Assembly: GCA_951406725.2 (NCBI GenBank)
Contig: OX597817.1
Location: 29,140,001-29,204,000 of the forward strand
DNA: 64,000 bases
Source of the DNA: Octopus vulgaris
Taxonomy: Eukaryota
Direction: 5' to 3'
This document shows, in pieces, positions 1 through 14,247 of this stretch (position 1 is its first letter; every line of letters starts with the position of its first letter). Both the position numbers and the translations under genes were made by a program. The notes below the pieces were generated by a model. The model worked only from the letters and a program-made list of their open reading frames with translations. It ran no database searches and was not told the origin of the DNA.

Positions 1-671
1 TTGTCTCTACATTTATTTCTTTTCATGTAATTTCTTATCTTTTAGGTACCATTTTTGTGTCTCTGTCTATCCAACAATGTGTAATTCCCTGTGTTCCCCC
101 ACATCTGTCTGTTCTTTTGTTTCTGTTTCTCTGTTGCTGATCCTTTCTTTCTCTCCATCAACCTTCTAATGGAAAGTTTCAAGTTACATTTTTTTCAAGT
201 AGTTAATCTTGTAATTACATCATCATCATCATCGTTTAACGTCCGTTTTCCATGCTAGCACGGGTTGTGAATATATATGTGTTTGTGTCTGTATATATGT
301 GTATTTTATTTATTTGTATGTATTAATGTATATTATATCTATAGAAGTACAAGTTTATGTATGTACATATTATGTATATTATATTTGTGTAATCCCAGTC
401 CATAAGTCTGTCTTTGTCACTTTGATTGAATTTTTCCAGGACACTAAAGACATATGTTGTTGATCATTAATCTATAGATTGTATCATTTACTTACTTTAG
501 TTAATTTTGATCTTTTTCTCATTACTTTTTCTTTGATGTATATCTAAACAGAAATCTATTATGCAAATCCAAATGAAAATCATTAGCTTTGAAATTAATC
601 CAATTGACTGTATAACAAAAACTAGTAAGGGTTTCTAAGTTTCTTCCTCAAACATCTGATGCTGTTTATTC

Positions 672-737
672 TCTTTCTCAACTTTTCCTCGTTTGCAAAT
701 TTTCTTTCTCAACTTTTCCTCGTTTGCAAATTTTCTT
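672..737. repeat. Tandem duplication, 2 x 31 bp
   Basis: TCTTTCTCAACTTTTCCTCGTTTGCAAATTT occurs twice. Confidence 0.9.
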
Positions 738-2437
738 CTCTCGGTCTAGCATTATTACTATCTATATAAATCCTTTCACATTTGTAATATAGCAGTTCAT
801 TTAGTTATACTGGAAATATTTGTGGGTATTTTTAATGGAAGTGTATTGCTCCTTCTTATGCATTGTTATTTAGGTCACAGAGCTCTGTCTCTCTATCTGA
901 TGGTCAACACGATTGCTATTTCCTCTCTGTAAGTGAAACATTAACCTAAGATGTCTCTGGGATGTTTGTGTTAACTCCCTCAGATCTGGGCCCTATGTCT
1001 AACTTTAACCTCCACCTGGGCTCCTGAGCCAAAATAATAAATACCTGCATACACAGCTCAAAAGTAATGATTGCAGGTAAACTAATGGATAGAATCACAA
1101 AACAAAATTGAGAATAACAATAATGGGACTATCTCTCAACTCCCATATTTGTTGCAAATCACTACTTCCCTCATCACTTTCACTTGTTTGATTGTCCGAA
1201 TCCCTCTCATTGTCTGCATTTGGGTAAACTCTTCAGCTGAAGAATAAACATCATCAATAATTTCCTCAAATGTAAAGAGTCCAAGCCTTGCTCATTTACC
1301 AGACAAAGTGTTGGTTTCATCACATGCTCATTTCATAGGAAATAAATCCATTCTGGGTTTTTTTTGTTTTTTTTCCTGATCAAAATCAAAAGTAAACAAC
1401 ACTATTGACAATAAGTCATTAACACATTTGGCTACAGAGCTACAATGTGATCAGTTGTCTGTTTTCAGTATTTTATCTTTTTCCACATGTGGTGTCCATT
1501 ACCACTTTAACAGGAATCCAATAGAGATTACATTTAAGCTATTCCTGCTACACTAGGAACATGACTCAAAAGGGTTAAACTGATTCTCACATAGACTGCA
1601 CACTCTCCATTGAAGTAGTTATCAGTTTCTGCAGAAGTTATGACCAAGTCACCTTTGTCATTTTATGATAGATTTTGTGTCCAAGCTACCTGTGATACAG
1701 TGATAATTTTAAGTCATTACTGAAAATACTGACACCGCGCCATCACTTTACTTCAGGTTTTAGTCAGGTTTGTCACATTTTCATGATGGTTGAATAATGG
1801 AATATTTAATCTTTAATGGTGTTTAAGATTATGTGTGTATTCTGCTGTGAACATAATATATTGTCTTGTGTTGGTCTCTGTAGTAGTAGTAGCAGTATAT
1901 TTTGTCACATATTTTGCAATATAGCTATCTAAGAAAAGCCATCCACCATTCCTCCTATATGCTTGTTTGTAGCTTAGTTTTAGAAGGAAAATACATTTTC
2001 TGGGCTCTTCATGGGAGACATATAGTTGTAAGGATTGCAGAATGACATTGTTATACCTTCGACTCCATCTCACAGCCTATGTACAAAGAGCTACACTGCA
2101 TGGCTTCGCCCACTTCATTCTGCCTCCACTGTCCTGTTTTATACTGCCTTCCAGTACCCTGTAACACTCTGACTGCCACTATACTCTCTCTCCTTCTCTT
2201 CCATACATTGCAGGCTTCTGTCATTGCTCTGTTCCCTGGACCACAAAGACATCTATCATCCCTGTACTATCTCAGTCACATTGTGTTGTATTGAATATCC
2301 ATGCCCATCTCAGAAAACTGCTTACTTCTATTCCTCCAATCCTTACTGGACATCCCTCTCATGACTATCATTCATACTTCTCACTCTGTAAACCATAGGC
2401 TTGTGATATCTATTTAGTTGTATGGACACAGCTACCC

Positions 2438-2599
2438 CTCTAGTGTTGGTGTCATCAGTTAGTGCATCACAATATTATTTGAAACCACACCTCTCTAGTG
2501 TTGGTGTCATCAGTTAGTGCATCACAATATTATTTGAAACCACACCTCTCCAGTGTTGGTGTCATCAGTTAGTGCATTACAATATTATTTGAAACCACA
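2438..2599. repeat. Tandem repeat, 3 x 55 bp
   Basis: (T/C)AGTGTTGGTGTCATCAGTTAGTGCAT...GAAACCACA at 2441, 2496 and 2551. Confidence 0.95.
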
Positions 2600-4407
2600 T
2601 GCCATAGAGTATCAGAATATGATTCATTGACTGTTTCATTGTTCTATTAGTATATTACCTGCTTAGATGAATGAGCAGTGCAAATTGTATCTCTGCATTT
2701 TATTGATACTACTTGGTATAACTACTTTAAGAATTTATTTAAAAAAAGAAAAAAGCTATGATCAATTGTTGGGAGTAGGAAGGACTTAGAGAATCAGCTG
2801 TAGTTTACTTCTTAAAGGCAGAGAGAAACAGTTTTCATCACATACATAAATTGCTCTGACCACAATTTGAATTCTATGCACTTTGCAGATCAGTAATTGA
2901 TTTTGCAATTGAATCTATCAAAGTAAACTAATATATTCCTGATTTATGAACTCACTTGAAAGGTCTATTAATATAGTTTACTTGTAAAAATTTTAATTAT
3001 CAGATATTTAATAACTCATGTTGTTCTTCCATCCAAAGATTATTGCCAACATTCTTAGGTTTGATAAAAGATATCACTCATAATCAATTTTAACTTAGCA
3101 CAGAAATGTTTAAAAAGTAATCGACTTTAAGAATAGCATTAACATTGCCATTGTCTTTGAATAGAATTAAAACCTTGAGAAGTAATAACATTTAAAAAAA
3201 GTTTCCCTTCTATTTTTATAAATATGGAGTAAATGTCAATTTGATGAAGAGGTGGGTAGCATAAGTTATTGGGAAATAATTAGTTGTTCTCTCATTCTAT
3301 CAAACTGAATTAAAATGGTTGTCTGTCTAGGTTTTGCTTTTGGTTAACCATATATTTTGTTCCTTTCTTTACCATAAATATTAAATGTACACTGAATGAA
3401 ATAATATAGCTGATCTAATAAATGTCAAGTCTTTAAAAAAACATATTCTTTTGTCAAACATTGTTGGTATTAAATAAAGTAATCTAACTCATCAAATCAA
3501 ACTCTTGCAATGTTTTTTGTAAGCAGAATTCTTTTGTCATTGAAATTGCTTGACTCCTTTGTTTCCTTCTAAAGGTGTAGCTGTTTTTTTTCTTCTTTCT
3601 TTTGATCTATCAGTCTATGTACTTATATAGTTATCTGTCTACCTATCTATCTTCTTACCCAGCTACCTTATCCATCTACATTCCACCAACATAATCCTGT
3701 AGGGAAACACGGTGGTTTTTAAAATGGTTGAAGTGACAGTAATTTCACTGATGAGGAATGGAGTGTTCGTTGCTTAGCGATATTGAGCATTTCATGTGAC
3801 ACCATTCCCAAAGCTATGAATTAGCAGAATAGACAATATTATGTTTTTGTAATTTTTTTTTTTTTTTAATGGTATCTTGGTTATTCAAATAAAGTAAACA
3901 CTTTGTCTGAATTTTATTAAAGGCCATCATGGACAGGTGGCTAGGTCAGTTGAAATATGCTATTGTCAAGGGCAGAATACTTCAGCTGGCCTGCCCAACA
4001 CTGCACGGTGATTTCAATTTTGGATGACGTGTTACATATGAAGGTATACACAAAATTCTGTATATTCAAACAATAAAGGTTGCTAATGTTCTATACTTCT
4101 CAGCAATGTATTCACTTAAATACCAGTAAGTTTCTGGACAATCTCTGTGTTTATCCATCTATTTATTCCTCTAATCATCTATCCATCCCTCTCTCTCTCT
4201 CCCACTTTCTCTTCCTTTCTCTCTTACCTTCTTCTGTTGGTGGTATTGGTGGTTTCATTGAAGAAGAGGTGGTAGTTGTGGTATGAATGCATTTGAGTCA
4301 GAATTTTGAGGTCACTATCAACTTTTGCTTTAAAAAAATATTAGTGTGATATTCTACTTAAATGTATTGGCTGATCCTTCAGTTAATGTTTGGCTGTTTA
4401 TATATAA

Positions 4408-4453
<46 letters not shown>

Positions 4454-6503
4454 CTATTCATAATGCCAAATATTGATGTGTGTTTGTGTTTACATAAAAT
4501 CTGTTGGTTTCACTTAATTCTTCTCGTTTCATGTTTTCCGAGGCTGGATGTTTTCTGGATTAGCACTCTATCACTTTTCAACATTATCTAATCCAAAGCT
4601 GTTCCTTTTTTTTCTTTTTAATAAATGAGAAGAAATAATGGTGGATCATTGTTGACTGTGTCAGGAATGTGTTGATGGCTTTAATGCAACTGTTTTTATT
4701 CAATCCTTTTAGAAATGGTTACTTGCTACTGATCTGTATGACTGTATTATGTATATAATCCATCTTGCTTATATCTAAGCTCAGATTAAACTTGTAGAAA
4801 AAGTTGTTCCAAACATGATCATCTCATCCTTTTCTTAGATATAGTATATCTAAGACCATTTTTGCAGACGAAGGGAAATTTGTTATTTACTCCCAGGCCT
4901 ACAATAATCAGCCTGAGGTATGGTGAAGTGATGTTTCAGCCAAGACCATTCTGTCTTATTTTCAGACATACCATATCTTGGATGTTATTTATGAATTGTC
5001 CTTTGCTTTTTAAAACCAGATGGTGTTATTTCAGTGAAATATGGCTGTTACTTCTAGCAAATTGAATGACCATATGGAGGTTTTCTTAAAGATTCAGTTG
5101 CAGCAATGTAGTTTTCTGCAGTGAAGTATTCCTTATCTTGATACAGCAATATTGTATTCCTTTTCTTTATATAACAGCAGGGAAGTGCAAATTTATTTCA
5201 TTACCAGAGATATCACATTATAGCTTAAAGTAATGGGTTTTCAATAGTAATCCTATATATTTTAGCTTTGCATATAATTAGTTTTAAAAAGGAGGAAAAA
5301 ACTAAAAGCAAATCATGGTCAGTTGTTCAGTAATACTGGAATCATTGTAATTATTCAGAAAATTTATAGAAATAATGATAAAATATACAAAAATAAATAG
5401 AAAGATTCAGGAAAATTAAATAGGGTATGGATCATGCAAATAATAAACGTTAAATTCTAAAATTAATTCTCTCTCAACACCCAGTGTTCACCTATTGATC
5501 TTGCTTGCTATGTAGTTTTAAAGCTAGATATATAGCTCTACTGAAAAACAAGTAGTCTTTATTAAGTTCCACAATTCTTGTATCTATTATTATTGTAACA
5601 TCTAAAGTAAGTAAGCAAGCTAGTTTTAACCAAGGTAATAGACCTACATATCTTTTAAAAAACTCAAAGTTCTTATGACTTAAATGTCTCTCCTTATACG
5701 TCTTCTTGATCAAGCCTTACCTAAACTTAAACAAGATATTGTCTAAAATGCATTTTTTTCTCTTTTAATGGCTTAGTTGATAATAAGGAAAGAAGGTATT
5801 ATCTTTATACTGGAGACCTGCTCAAAATGCTTGCGAAAGTGTGTACTACTCTAAAGGTACCAAGGGTCCAGCTGATGTGTTAAATTTGTCACCAACAAGA
5901 ATTCTAGTTTCAGTCCATTAATTTCACTATAGTACCTTGCTGTGAGATTGAACCTGAAGTCACATAACTGTAAAGTAAACTTCTTAAGCACAAAGCTCTG
6001 TCTGCACACATATCTTATTCTGTATTGGGCCCTATTTATATTTTCATATGTACTGTGTATAGTTGGTTAGTGGTATTGTATTATGTGCCTGATTATCTTC
6101 CAGTATATTGCTGAGGCAGTGTAGTGAGTGTTATTATTGTCCAATAGTGTGTTGTCCCTTATAGTTAAGTGACCATATTAGAATTGGAATAAATTAATGC
6201 AAAATAGAAAACAACAACAGCAACAATAATATTTTTTAATGGTATAAAGAGAATTATGATTATAACAGAACCCTTACTCCTGCAGTTAAAAGTATCTTAC
6301 TGAAGTTCACAAGTAACAATGATTACGTATTCAACCATTCTATTTTATGATGATAGGTATGAGTAAACAAAAGCGACTGTATATGGTTGCTCAACTTAGA
6401 AAAGTAGTAACCCAATTTCCTTCAGATCACAACATTATCCAGTGTGTTTCTCCTCACAAAAATGGAGAATCACATTGGATTATGTTATTCTAGATGCACA
6501 ATA

Positions 6504-6924
6504 TACTCTTTACTCTTTTTACTCTTTTACTTGTTTCAGTCATTTGACTGTGGCCATGCTGGAGCACCGCCTTTAATCGAGCAACTCGACCCCGGGACTT
6601 ATTCTTTGTAAGCCCAGTACTTATTCTATCGGTCTCTTTTGCCGAACTGCTAAGTGACGGGGACATAAACACACCAGCATCGGTTGTCAAGCGATGTTCG
6701 GGGGACAAACACAGACATACAAACATACACGCACGCACACACACACATATATATATACATATATACGACGGGCTTCTTTCAGTTTCCGTCTACCAAATCC
6801 ACTCACAAGGCTTTGGTCGGCCTGAGGCTATAGCAGAAGACACTTGCCCAAGGTGCCATACAGTGGGACTGAACCCAGAACCATGTGGTTGGTAAACAAG
6901 CTACTTATCACACAGCCACTCCTG
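6504..6924 (-). mobile_element. tRNA-derived SINE, family A (octopus-type), full length
   Basis: Reverse complement of 20232-20637: tRNA-like head (GTGGCTGTGTGGTAA...GGTTCAGTCCC), CCTTGGGCAAGTGTCTT central motif, internal (TA/CA)n, tail CAGCATGGCCACAGTCAAATGACTGAAACAAGTAAAAGAG. Confidence 0.9.
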
Positions 6925-7213
6925 TACTTACCACACAGCCAATATCTGTACAAAAAATGAATTGGTCATCATTGGGAAGCCTTTCCATCATAATTCTTTT
7001 TTAAAAGGTTTAACTAGCTAAACAGCAACAAATATTGGCAATTTTTTAACTTGCAACAAAGCTAAGGTTTTGAGCTGATAAGTTGTATAGATTGAACTAG
7101 TAACTAAACAATAAAAAACCTCATAGAAAATTCACATCAATGAGATATTAAACTAGATAGCATAATCTACCTTAGCTGCTTTACCTCAAATTAGTAGAAC
7201 ATATTATGATTGT

Positions 7214-7273
7214 CAATCCCACGGTCAGTCATGCAATCCCACAGTCAGTCATGCAATCCCATGGTCAGTCATG
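7214..7273. repeat. Tandem repeat, 3 x 20 bp
   Basis: CAATCCCA(C/T)(G/A)GTCAGTCATG x3. Confidence 0.9.
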
Positions 7274-8651
7274 ACCGAAGGGGGTCTCAGCAATTATGAT
7301 TGTCAACTTAAAATCACAAAAGATTCACTATTTATACATTTTTCTACTTTTGGCACAAAACAAAATTTGTATAAACACTTAATGAGATATGTAAAATTAT
7401 TTAGCTTTATTACAAAAACAGGGCCTATATTCCTGCAGTTTCTTCTTCATCATCATCCTCAATTAACGTCTGTTTTCTTTGCTGGTATGGGTTGGGTGGC
7501 TTGATGGTAGCTGGCAAGGCCAGGAGCTGGACCAGGTTGCATTGTCTGTTTTGACATGGTTTCTACAGCTTGATGCCCTTCCTAATGCCAACCACTTTAC
7601 AGAGTGTACTGGGGGCATTTTATGTGGTATCAACACTAATGCTTTTACCATGCAGCCAGCACTAGTGCTTTTTATGTGGCACCATCATCAGTGCTTTTTA
7701 CATGGCAGCAGCACCAGTACTTTTCATCTTGAAGAATAATGCATTTATAATCTTTAAAAAGTAACTTCTGTAAGTGTTTAATTAGTAAATATTTAGAATA
7801 TCATTTTATGCCATTCTGACACATCTATTCTGTTATAGTAATTAAGTAGCAATCCAGAGATGAAGTTGTTTCTCAATCACCACTTTATTAAAATTTCTAT
7901 TATGAAAATTGTACGTAATATGGTCTTTTTAGAATGTCTGAATGTGGTTCATCATACAAAAGAGTAGGAATAAAGTCCTTAGTGCATGAATGAAGTCACA
8001 AGGTCATAAGTTCTAGTTGACACATTCCTCCATTTCATTTGTTAAATCCCATGGCAACGCAAATAATTCTAATTCTTCTCAGTGTTCTTTTCTGATAATT
8101 ATCATTCATATTCTATGATTGAGGATTTACTGTTTGGATACGAAGTTGTAGAAGATACCGAATTTGGTTGGGCAAAAAAAAAGAAAGAACTAAAAATGCT
8201 GACTTTGTAAAGAGAAGTTGTTCTGAAACAATGGTTTATTGGATTATAACTGTAGATATTTTTAAATAATGTGCTAAGAGCCACTGAGAGCTCACTCCTT
8301 TCTATCATATCCAATACATTCAATGATATACAAATGTTTAAACCTGCATAATTCATTGCTACAGGCGGAAGAATTAACAGTTCCATGAATTATGACTATT
8401 CCTATCACACAATCTGTTTACACTAAACAACTATACAGATTGTTCTCTTTCTGCAGCCTCTCAATATATTTTCAGTATTCTTTCTGCATGGGTCAAATTT
8501 CAATATCTATATAGTAATCTTTCTTCTTCTTGCAATAAAATATACCATCTTGCAAAATCTGAACAAACCTCGCCTTTATTTTAGCCATTTGATTTGGTTC
8601 TTATTTATGCTATATTTATTTATTTGTTTTGTTTTTTTTTCTGTTTTTCAG

Positions 8652-8939
8652 TTGCACCAGAGATTTATTTACCTACCAAAAGAATTGGACAAGCATTAGC
8701 AAAAGAGACAATATTAGAATGCAAAATAACTGCTATGCCACAAGGTGTTACAATGTGGAGAAAGAATGGTACAGAATTGCAAACGGGATGGAAGTATAGA
8801 ATAGATGCTTATGGTGATGATGAATATACCATCACACTAAGCTTGCGTATAAGACAGATAGCAAAAGATGATTATGGAGTTTATACATGTCAGGCTTCCA
8901 ATCGACTTGGACGCGATGAAAAAAGTATGGTATTATATG
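8652..8939 (+). CDS. Coding exon: I-set Ig domain (probably the third) of a Lachesin/DIP/IgLON-like cell-adhesion protein
   Basis: Polypyrimidine tract + CAG acceptor (AG 8650-8651) and G|GTAAGT donor (GT 8940-8941). 288 nt, phase 1-1. Translation APEIYLPTKRIGQALAKETILECKITAMPQGVTMWRKNGT...LSLRIRQIAKDDYGVYTCQASNRLGRDEKSMVLY has the Ig Cys-Trp-DxGxYxC pattern and A-x-N-x-L-G, as in Lachesin/DIP Ig3. Confidence 0.93.
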
Positions 8940-10639
8940 GTAAGTGCATATTCAACCATCAATTGTTTCCCAGACGAGAACAAATCTTTGTTTAAGTATA
9001 GGTGGTTTAAGAAAAAAGGGTTAAGAGAAAAGTTTTTAATCAATCAGAAACTGAATGACTGCTCCTCTGACGTTTTCTTTCTTTCATTTCTTCTTCACTA
9101 TTTTTATTATTGTTCTTGTTTGTGATTGTTTTTTTCTCTTCATATGATGTAGCAGGAAGATTAGCATGATAATAATATTAGCTATAAATTTGGTAAGAAA
9201 AATCCAACCAAGCTAAGAATCTTTAAATGTTGCCATTAATCTTTTGTCGGAAAATTGTTCAGTAAAATCTGTACGGCCAATAATGCCCAGCACATCCCTT
9301 ACACTGTCATTATTCTAGCCCTCTGCTAACACATTATAAGATGGTAGAATCTGTGTTTCAGTGACAGTATTGTTCATCTTCCATAGGACGATTGTAGCTT
9401 GGCAATTCTTCAATGACAGATGTTTAGTTTTAGACCAGCCCTCATTGAGAAGACCTGTGCAAAAAAACATCTTTCAACCATGACAATCTTGCCTTTTGGA
9501 TTGCTGTACTACATTATTCAGTGTTTCCTTCTTTGTTTAAGATGGTGGGCTTTTATATGAGGAAAATTTGGTCACTATCTCTAGTAGACAGGATAACTAC
9601 AAAAATAAAAAATGCTCTCTTGTTACCAAGGTGTAAAACTTGAGATACTGAAGAAAATTAAAAGCTATATCTTTGGGAAATCTCTCTAAGGTTGTTACTT
9701 CTAATGTATCCCTCACAATAATTTTCTAACTTTATGCATAAACCATAGATATTATTGCTTATTATTGTTAATATTTAGCTGATGTTATTGTTCTATCTTT
9801 AATGCTATTTGAACATAACATTTCCTATGAGTGCTAAATGGATTACTCATAAGACAAATGTAGTTTCTAATCTTTTGCTTCTACAAGAACTGACTGACCT
9901 GTGTTACTTTCTCTTCAAGTTATTCATAGCAAATGCAACTGGAGCAACAGCTTATCTTCACCAAATACTTTACACAATGATAGGAAGTAAAAGAATTTGA
10001 AATGCATAAATACTAGTATAAGTATTATGGAAATTAACTTATGAAAACAATTAGTGATTAATAATTCAAGCTGCAGTGTCTTTTTATCTGCTTTACTCAA
10101 CATGAAACCATACTTCAAATATAAAGCCAAAGAATTGTTCTGACAAAATTTGCTCAAGACATATTTCCCATGGCCAAGTTTACTCCAGAAGCTCAAAATC
10201 GGTTTGAAGTGAAGCTGTTCTGTAGTTTCAACTCAGTTGCAACATTGCGCTTTTATAGAAACAACCACAACATCTGAGTTACTATGAAAAAAGATATATT
10301 ACACAGAATAATCATTCTAGTGGATAGGCATATAACTATTGGATGTCAGCTGATAGAGTATACTCTATCCTATTTGAATTAGTGAACACTTGTTGGGAGT
10401 TTGTTAGGGATAGACTGCACCAACTTGGTCCCACACCAGTTCTGCATGGATATCATCAGTTTTGGTTGCCCTTCTAGGAAATTTATTTTCCCAGTTTCCG
10501 ATTCTTCTCTTCTCATTATTCTTTTAACATCAGACAATTATGAGCCAACAAGCATGCTTCTAAAAGGGGAAGTTAAATACAACAAAGGTGATAAAAGAAG
10601 GAAAGACAATTAGGTCCGAGATGTTTGAGTGGTAGAGGT

Positions 10640-10960
10640 ACAAGACTAGCCAATTCCAAGAAGCAGATACCATTATAGTAGTGACAGAAAAGACAGAAAG
10701 AGGAGACAGCACACCTGAGCCAGAAGATGGAGTGTTTCTGTTAGTGATGGAATGCTAATCAGTAAAGTGGCTCTTCTCAGGGTACAGTCCAAGATGTCAG
10801 TGTGTATTTCAGCAGAACCATTCCAAATATGGGCAGAGTAAATCACTGGTGGCCTGATTTAAGCTTTGCAGAATAGGCTAACATTTCTTCTGATGATAAG
10901 GGGTCTGGCTGTAAAACAATGTCTTTGCAATATGTATTTATCTACTCCATTTTAGTACAG
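10640..10960 (-). pseudogene. Degenerate LINE fragment homologous to 40090-40400
   Basis: Minus strand reads KA*IRPPVIYSAHIWNGSAEIHTDILDCTLRRA. Confidence 0.65.
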
Positions 10961-13900
10961 AAACATAGATGTTAAACAAATGAACAAGGGGAATATTATG
11001 AAAGCATATATAGCATGCGTACTCCAATTTTGGAATATGTACAACAGGACCCTCTGCGTGTTGTAAAAAGTGATTATAAGGGTTAGTGAAGGAAAGGCAT
11101 CAGCCATAGAACACTGCCTCAGAAAACCTGCACAATCCACACCAGCACAGAAAAACATAAAATAATGATGGAGAGTGTATCACAAAAGTTTTGACAAGTG
11201 CCAACTCATCATGACGCTAACCCAGCATGATTTGGACTGTCATAGTTTATATCATATCAATAACTGAACAAATTCATTGATAATTCTATATTCTATTGTT
11301 AACACTTCATTGGCATTTAATTGAAACTGCTTGTGTTTATTAATATTTTTAACAAAATAAGTAATAGATAGCAAACTGGCTAACTGAGGAAATTTAATTT
11401 GTGATGCACTTAATATCTAATCCAGGAGATATCAAGTTTCCCCATTCATGAGTTTAACACTATGTGAATCAAAGGTAACTCAATAATAATTAATAACAAT
11501 AGTTAATGTGTTACATAAGATGATTGAACTAACTGTAGCTCATAAAACTTGTGACGGTTAATATTTAATTGAAATCAATTAAGATAATCCTTATGATATT
11601 TAACAATAATTGAATGCCAATAAACTGACAAAGGAAGCTGTATGCACTCTAAACTTTCTAGAAATAACAGCCAAATCTCCATCAAATCATAGTCTACAGC
11701 TTAGTAAAAGGAGGACACACTAAACACTATAGGTTATAAATATAGTAAAAGAAAAATATTCATCGCTGGAATTATCTTGATCATAGGTCTGTTTGCCTAG
11801 GGATGGCCTGGGGCTAAACAGCAACAATCTAATAAACTTGTTGGAATCATTGTCTCTGAATTCAAGTGATATTTAACAGAGTAATTTTCCACCCTATATT
11901 TCTTTTCTGATGCAGCGTTTCATCACATAGTTAACACAATATACATTTTGAATTGGTTAAATAGTTTCTGTTCTGTTGCCTGTGGCATTATAGAAACCTG
12001 GTGCTACATTTCAGTATGTTTTATTGATGATACAAGTTTCTATCACTATTTGAATGGCTTCCATTCAAACAGAAGTGTCCTATATCTGTGTGTGAGTTTC
12101 TTTTCATATATTATGTTGATATCAAACTGCTAGAAGCTTATATTTAAAGTTATACCACAATTCATTTCCATTTAATATAAAGAAGTTTTTGCATTAATTT
12201 GGGGGATTATTCATGTTTGAGTGTTTATTTTTTTATCTTTTGAAAGGTTTCTTTAATTGTTTCACAAGTAGCTATTCATTCTCTTTAAAAACCCATGCTG
12301 TTTTTATAAAGAAGCATTAATGCTTTTGCTGTCAACAACAAAGAATATATACTTGTGTGTATCCCTATATTATATATATAGATGGAAAGATAGATAGATA
12401 TGTATATGAATTGTTAATATAGTTATTTATAAGGTATTCTCATGGCATGGAAAAATGCGTGTGTGTGAAAGAGAGAGAAAGCGGGAGAGAGTGTATCCTG
12501 TATATTTTAAAATTGCTACACCGTATCCCTGTATGTTATAAAAAGCAACAAAAATGGTCGGCATCAGGAATGTTTATAAATCTGTAAGGCTGATGTTTCC
12601 AAGATTAAAGTGTGACACGCTGCCTCAAAACCCATGCCAGCATGGGAAAGTGAACATAAAACATTGATATACATTTAATTGAATAAACAAAAGAAAGTGT
12701 TTTCAATAGTTTTAATACAAATTATTCATAAATTTAAGGTTATTTAGTTGTGTCTGGGGAGAGTCATTTTCTTTTTGTGCCCTATAATATAACACACACA
12801 CCTGTAAAATTTCCATTTTTTTCTTATTTTTATTTTCCTAAAATTTTCGTTGCATCTTGCACCCTTTTCAATAGTTTTGACTCACTAAGGTTATTTAGTC
12901 ATCCCACAACAATTCATACTTTCACATTACCTGCATTCCTATAAGTGTGTGTGTGTATATTTATTATCATCATTTGTAAAGTGATTAGCAATAGGAAGGG
13001 CATCCAGCTGTAGAAATCATGCCAAAGTAGACATTGGAGTTCACACAGCCCTCTCGCTTATTGGTCCCTGTTTAACCATCCAGCCATGTCAGTATGGAAG
13101 TTGAGATGTTAAATGGTGATGATGATTACATACATGCATGCATGGCTGCTGAAGTATCTACATTTGCCATAATTTCTACCATTTAGAAGCTCACAAAGAC
13201 TTGGGAAACACTTCTAGTACTTAGAAGTTCATCTCCAATGTTATAAATATTTCAGAGTAAATATTCCGAGGAGACAGTTTTTCTGTGATTCTCTTCATTT
13301 TGGCACTAAATTCATCATCATTCCTGCTACAAGACTCAAATGGCTACATGCTAGGATCTGCAACTGCTGTAGATATTAATCTACCCCATAATTTCTTTGT
13401 GGATGATCTCAAGATTTATGATTAAAATGTTAACAATGCCAAAAAACAGCTGGATATTAATAACATTTTCAGCAGACATAGGAATGGAATTTGGCCAAAG
13501 GAAATGTTTATATTTGATTATTGAACGGGAAAAATCAGTACCCCAGATCCATAACCTGTGCATCAATGGTCTCACTCTCTCTCCTGTCCCACTCAAAGAG
13601 TATTAGAAGTACCTAGGCATTGAATAAAACATATCATATGAAGGTAGGTACTGTGAATAAAGATAAAGTGACGTGAGAATATTATGGCAGTTGGAAATCT
13701 TCTCTTACAACAAGACTATATCCCACAATGCATTTGCAATACCAGTGCTTATTCCAGCACTTAGAATATTTGTCAATATATATTCACGTGTGTGTGTTTA
13801 TGGGGAAATGTGTAATTTTTGTTTTGTTTTTTCTCCTTTGGACTGCAATTTATATCCTCTCAAGACTCCATTCTGCAGACTATTTGAAACTATGCATTTT

Positions 13901-13974
13901 TAACTTGTCCTCCAATTTAATTGTTCCAGAAAACCTTTAATTTTAAGAATGTGTTTACATATATATATATATAT

Positions 13975-14220
13975 CATCATCATCATCATCATTGTTTAAC
14001 GTCCGTTTTCCGCGCTAGCACGGGTTGGACGGTTCGACCGGGGTCTGGGAAGCCAGGGGCCTCACCAGGCTCCAGTCTGATCTGGCAGAGTTTCTACAGC
14101 TGGATCCCCTTCCTAACGCCAACCACTCCGCAAGTGTAGTGAGTGCTTTTGATGTGCCACCTGCACAGGTGTCAGGGGGGTCCGACATCGGCCATGTTCG
14201 GTTGGAGATTTTAACGTGCC
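13975..14220 (-). mobile_element. Family B retroposon/SINE fragment with (GAT)n tail
   Basis: (CAT)n-GTTTAACGTCCG...CTGGATCCCCTTCCTAACGCCAACCACTCC. Same family at 218-267, 7447-7725, 12988-13125, 26095-26286, 52321-52499, 57558-57718. Confidence 0.82.
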
Positions 14221-14247
14221 ATATATATATATATATATATATATTTA

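Noticed and set aside
1419-1578. Possible TTAA MITE ending AAAAGGGTTAA
   Set aside because: The left terminus (TTAACACATTTGG) matches too poorly to call a TIR.
1960-2400. C-rich segment that may be an old retroelement
   Set aside because: No recognisable protein motif or second copy in the window.
2438-2599. CRISPR-like appearance of regularly spaced repeats (also 38438-38580)
   Set aside because: Units are contiguous near-identical tandem copies with no unique spacers; eukaryotic context; no cas genes.
6490-6744. Recurrent similar ORFs (also 20462-20650, 36830-37243, 14025-14282, 38279-38704) suggesting a gene family
   Set aside because: The similarity comes from SINE/retroposon copies; frames and stops are inconsistent between copies.
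8594-8995. 133-aa ORF as a standalone gene
   Set aside because: Its ends are intronic (polypyrimidine tract before 8652, read-through past the GT donor at 8940); only 8652-8939 is exon.
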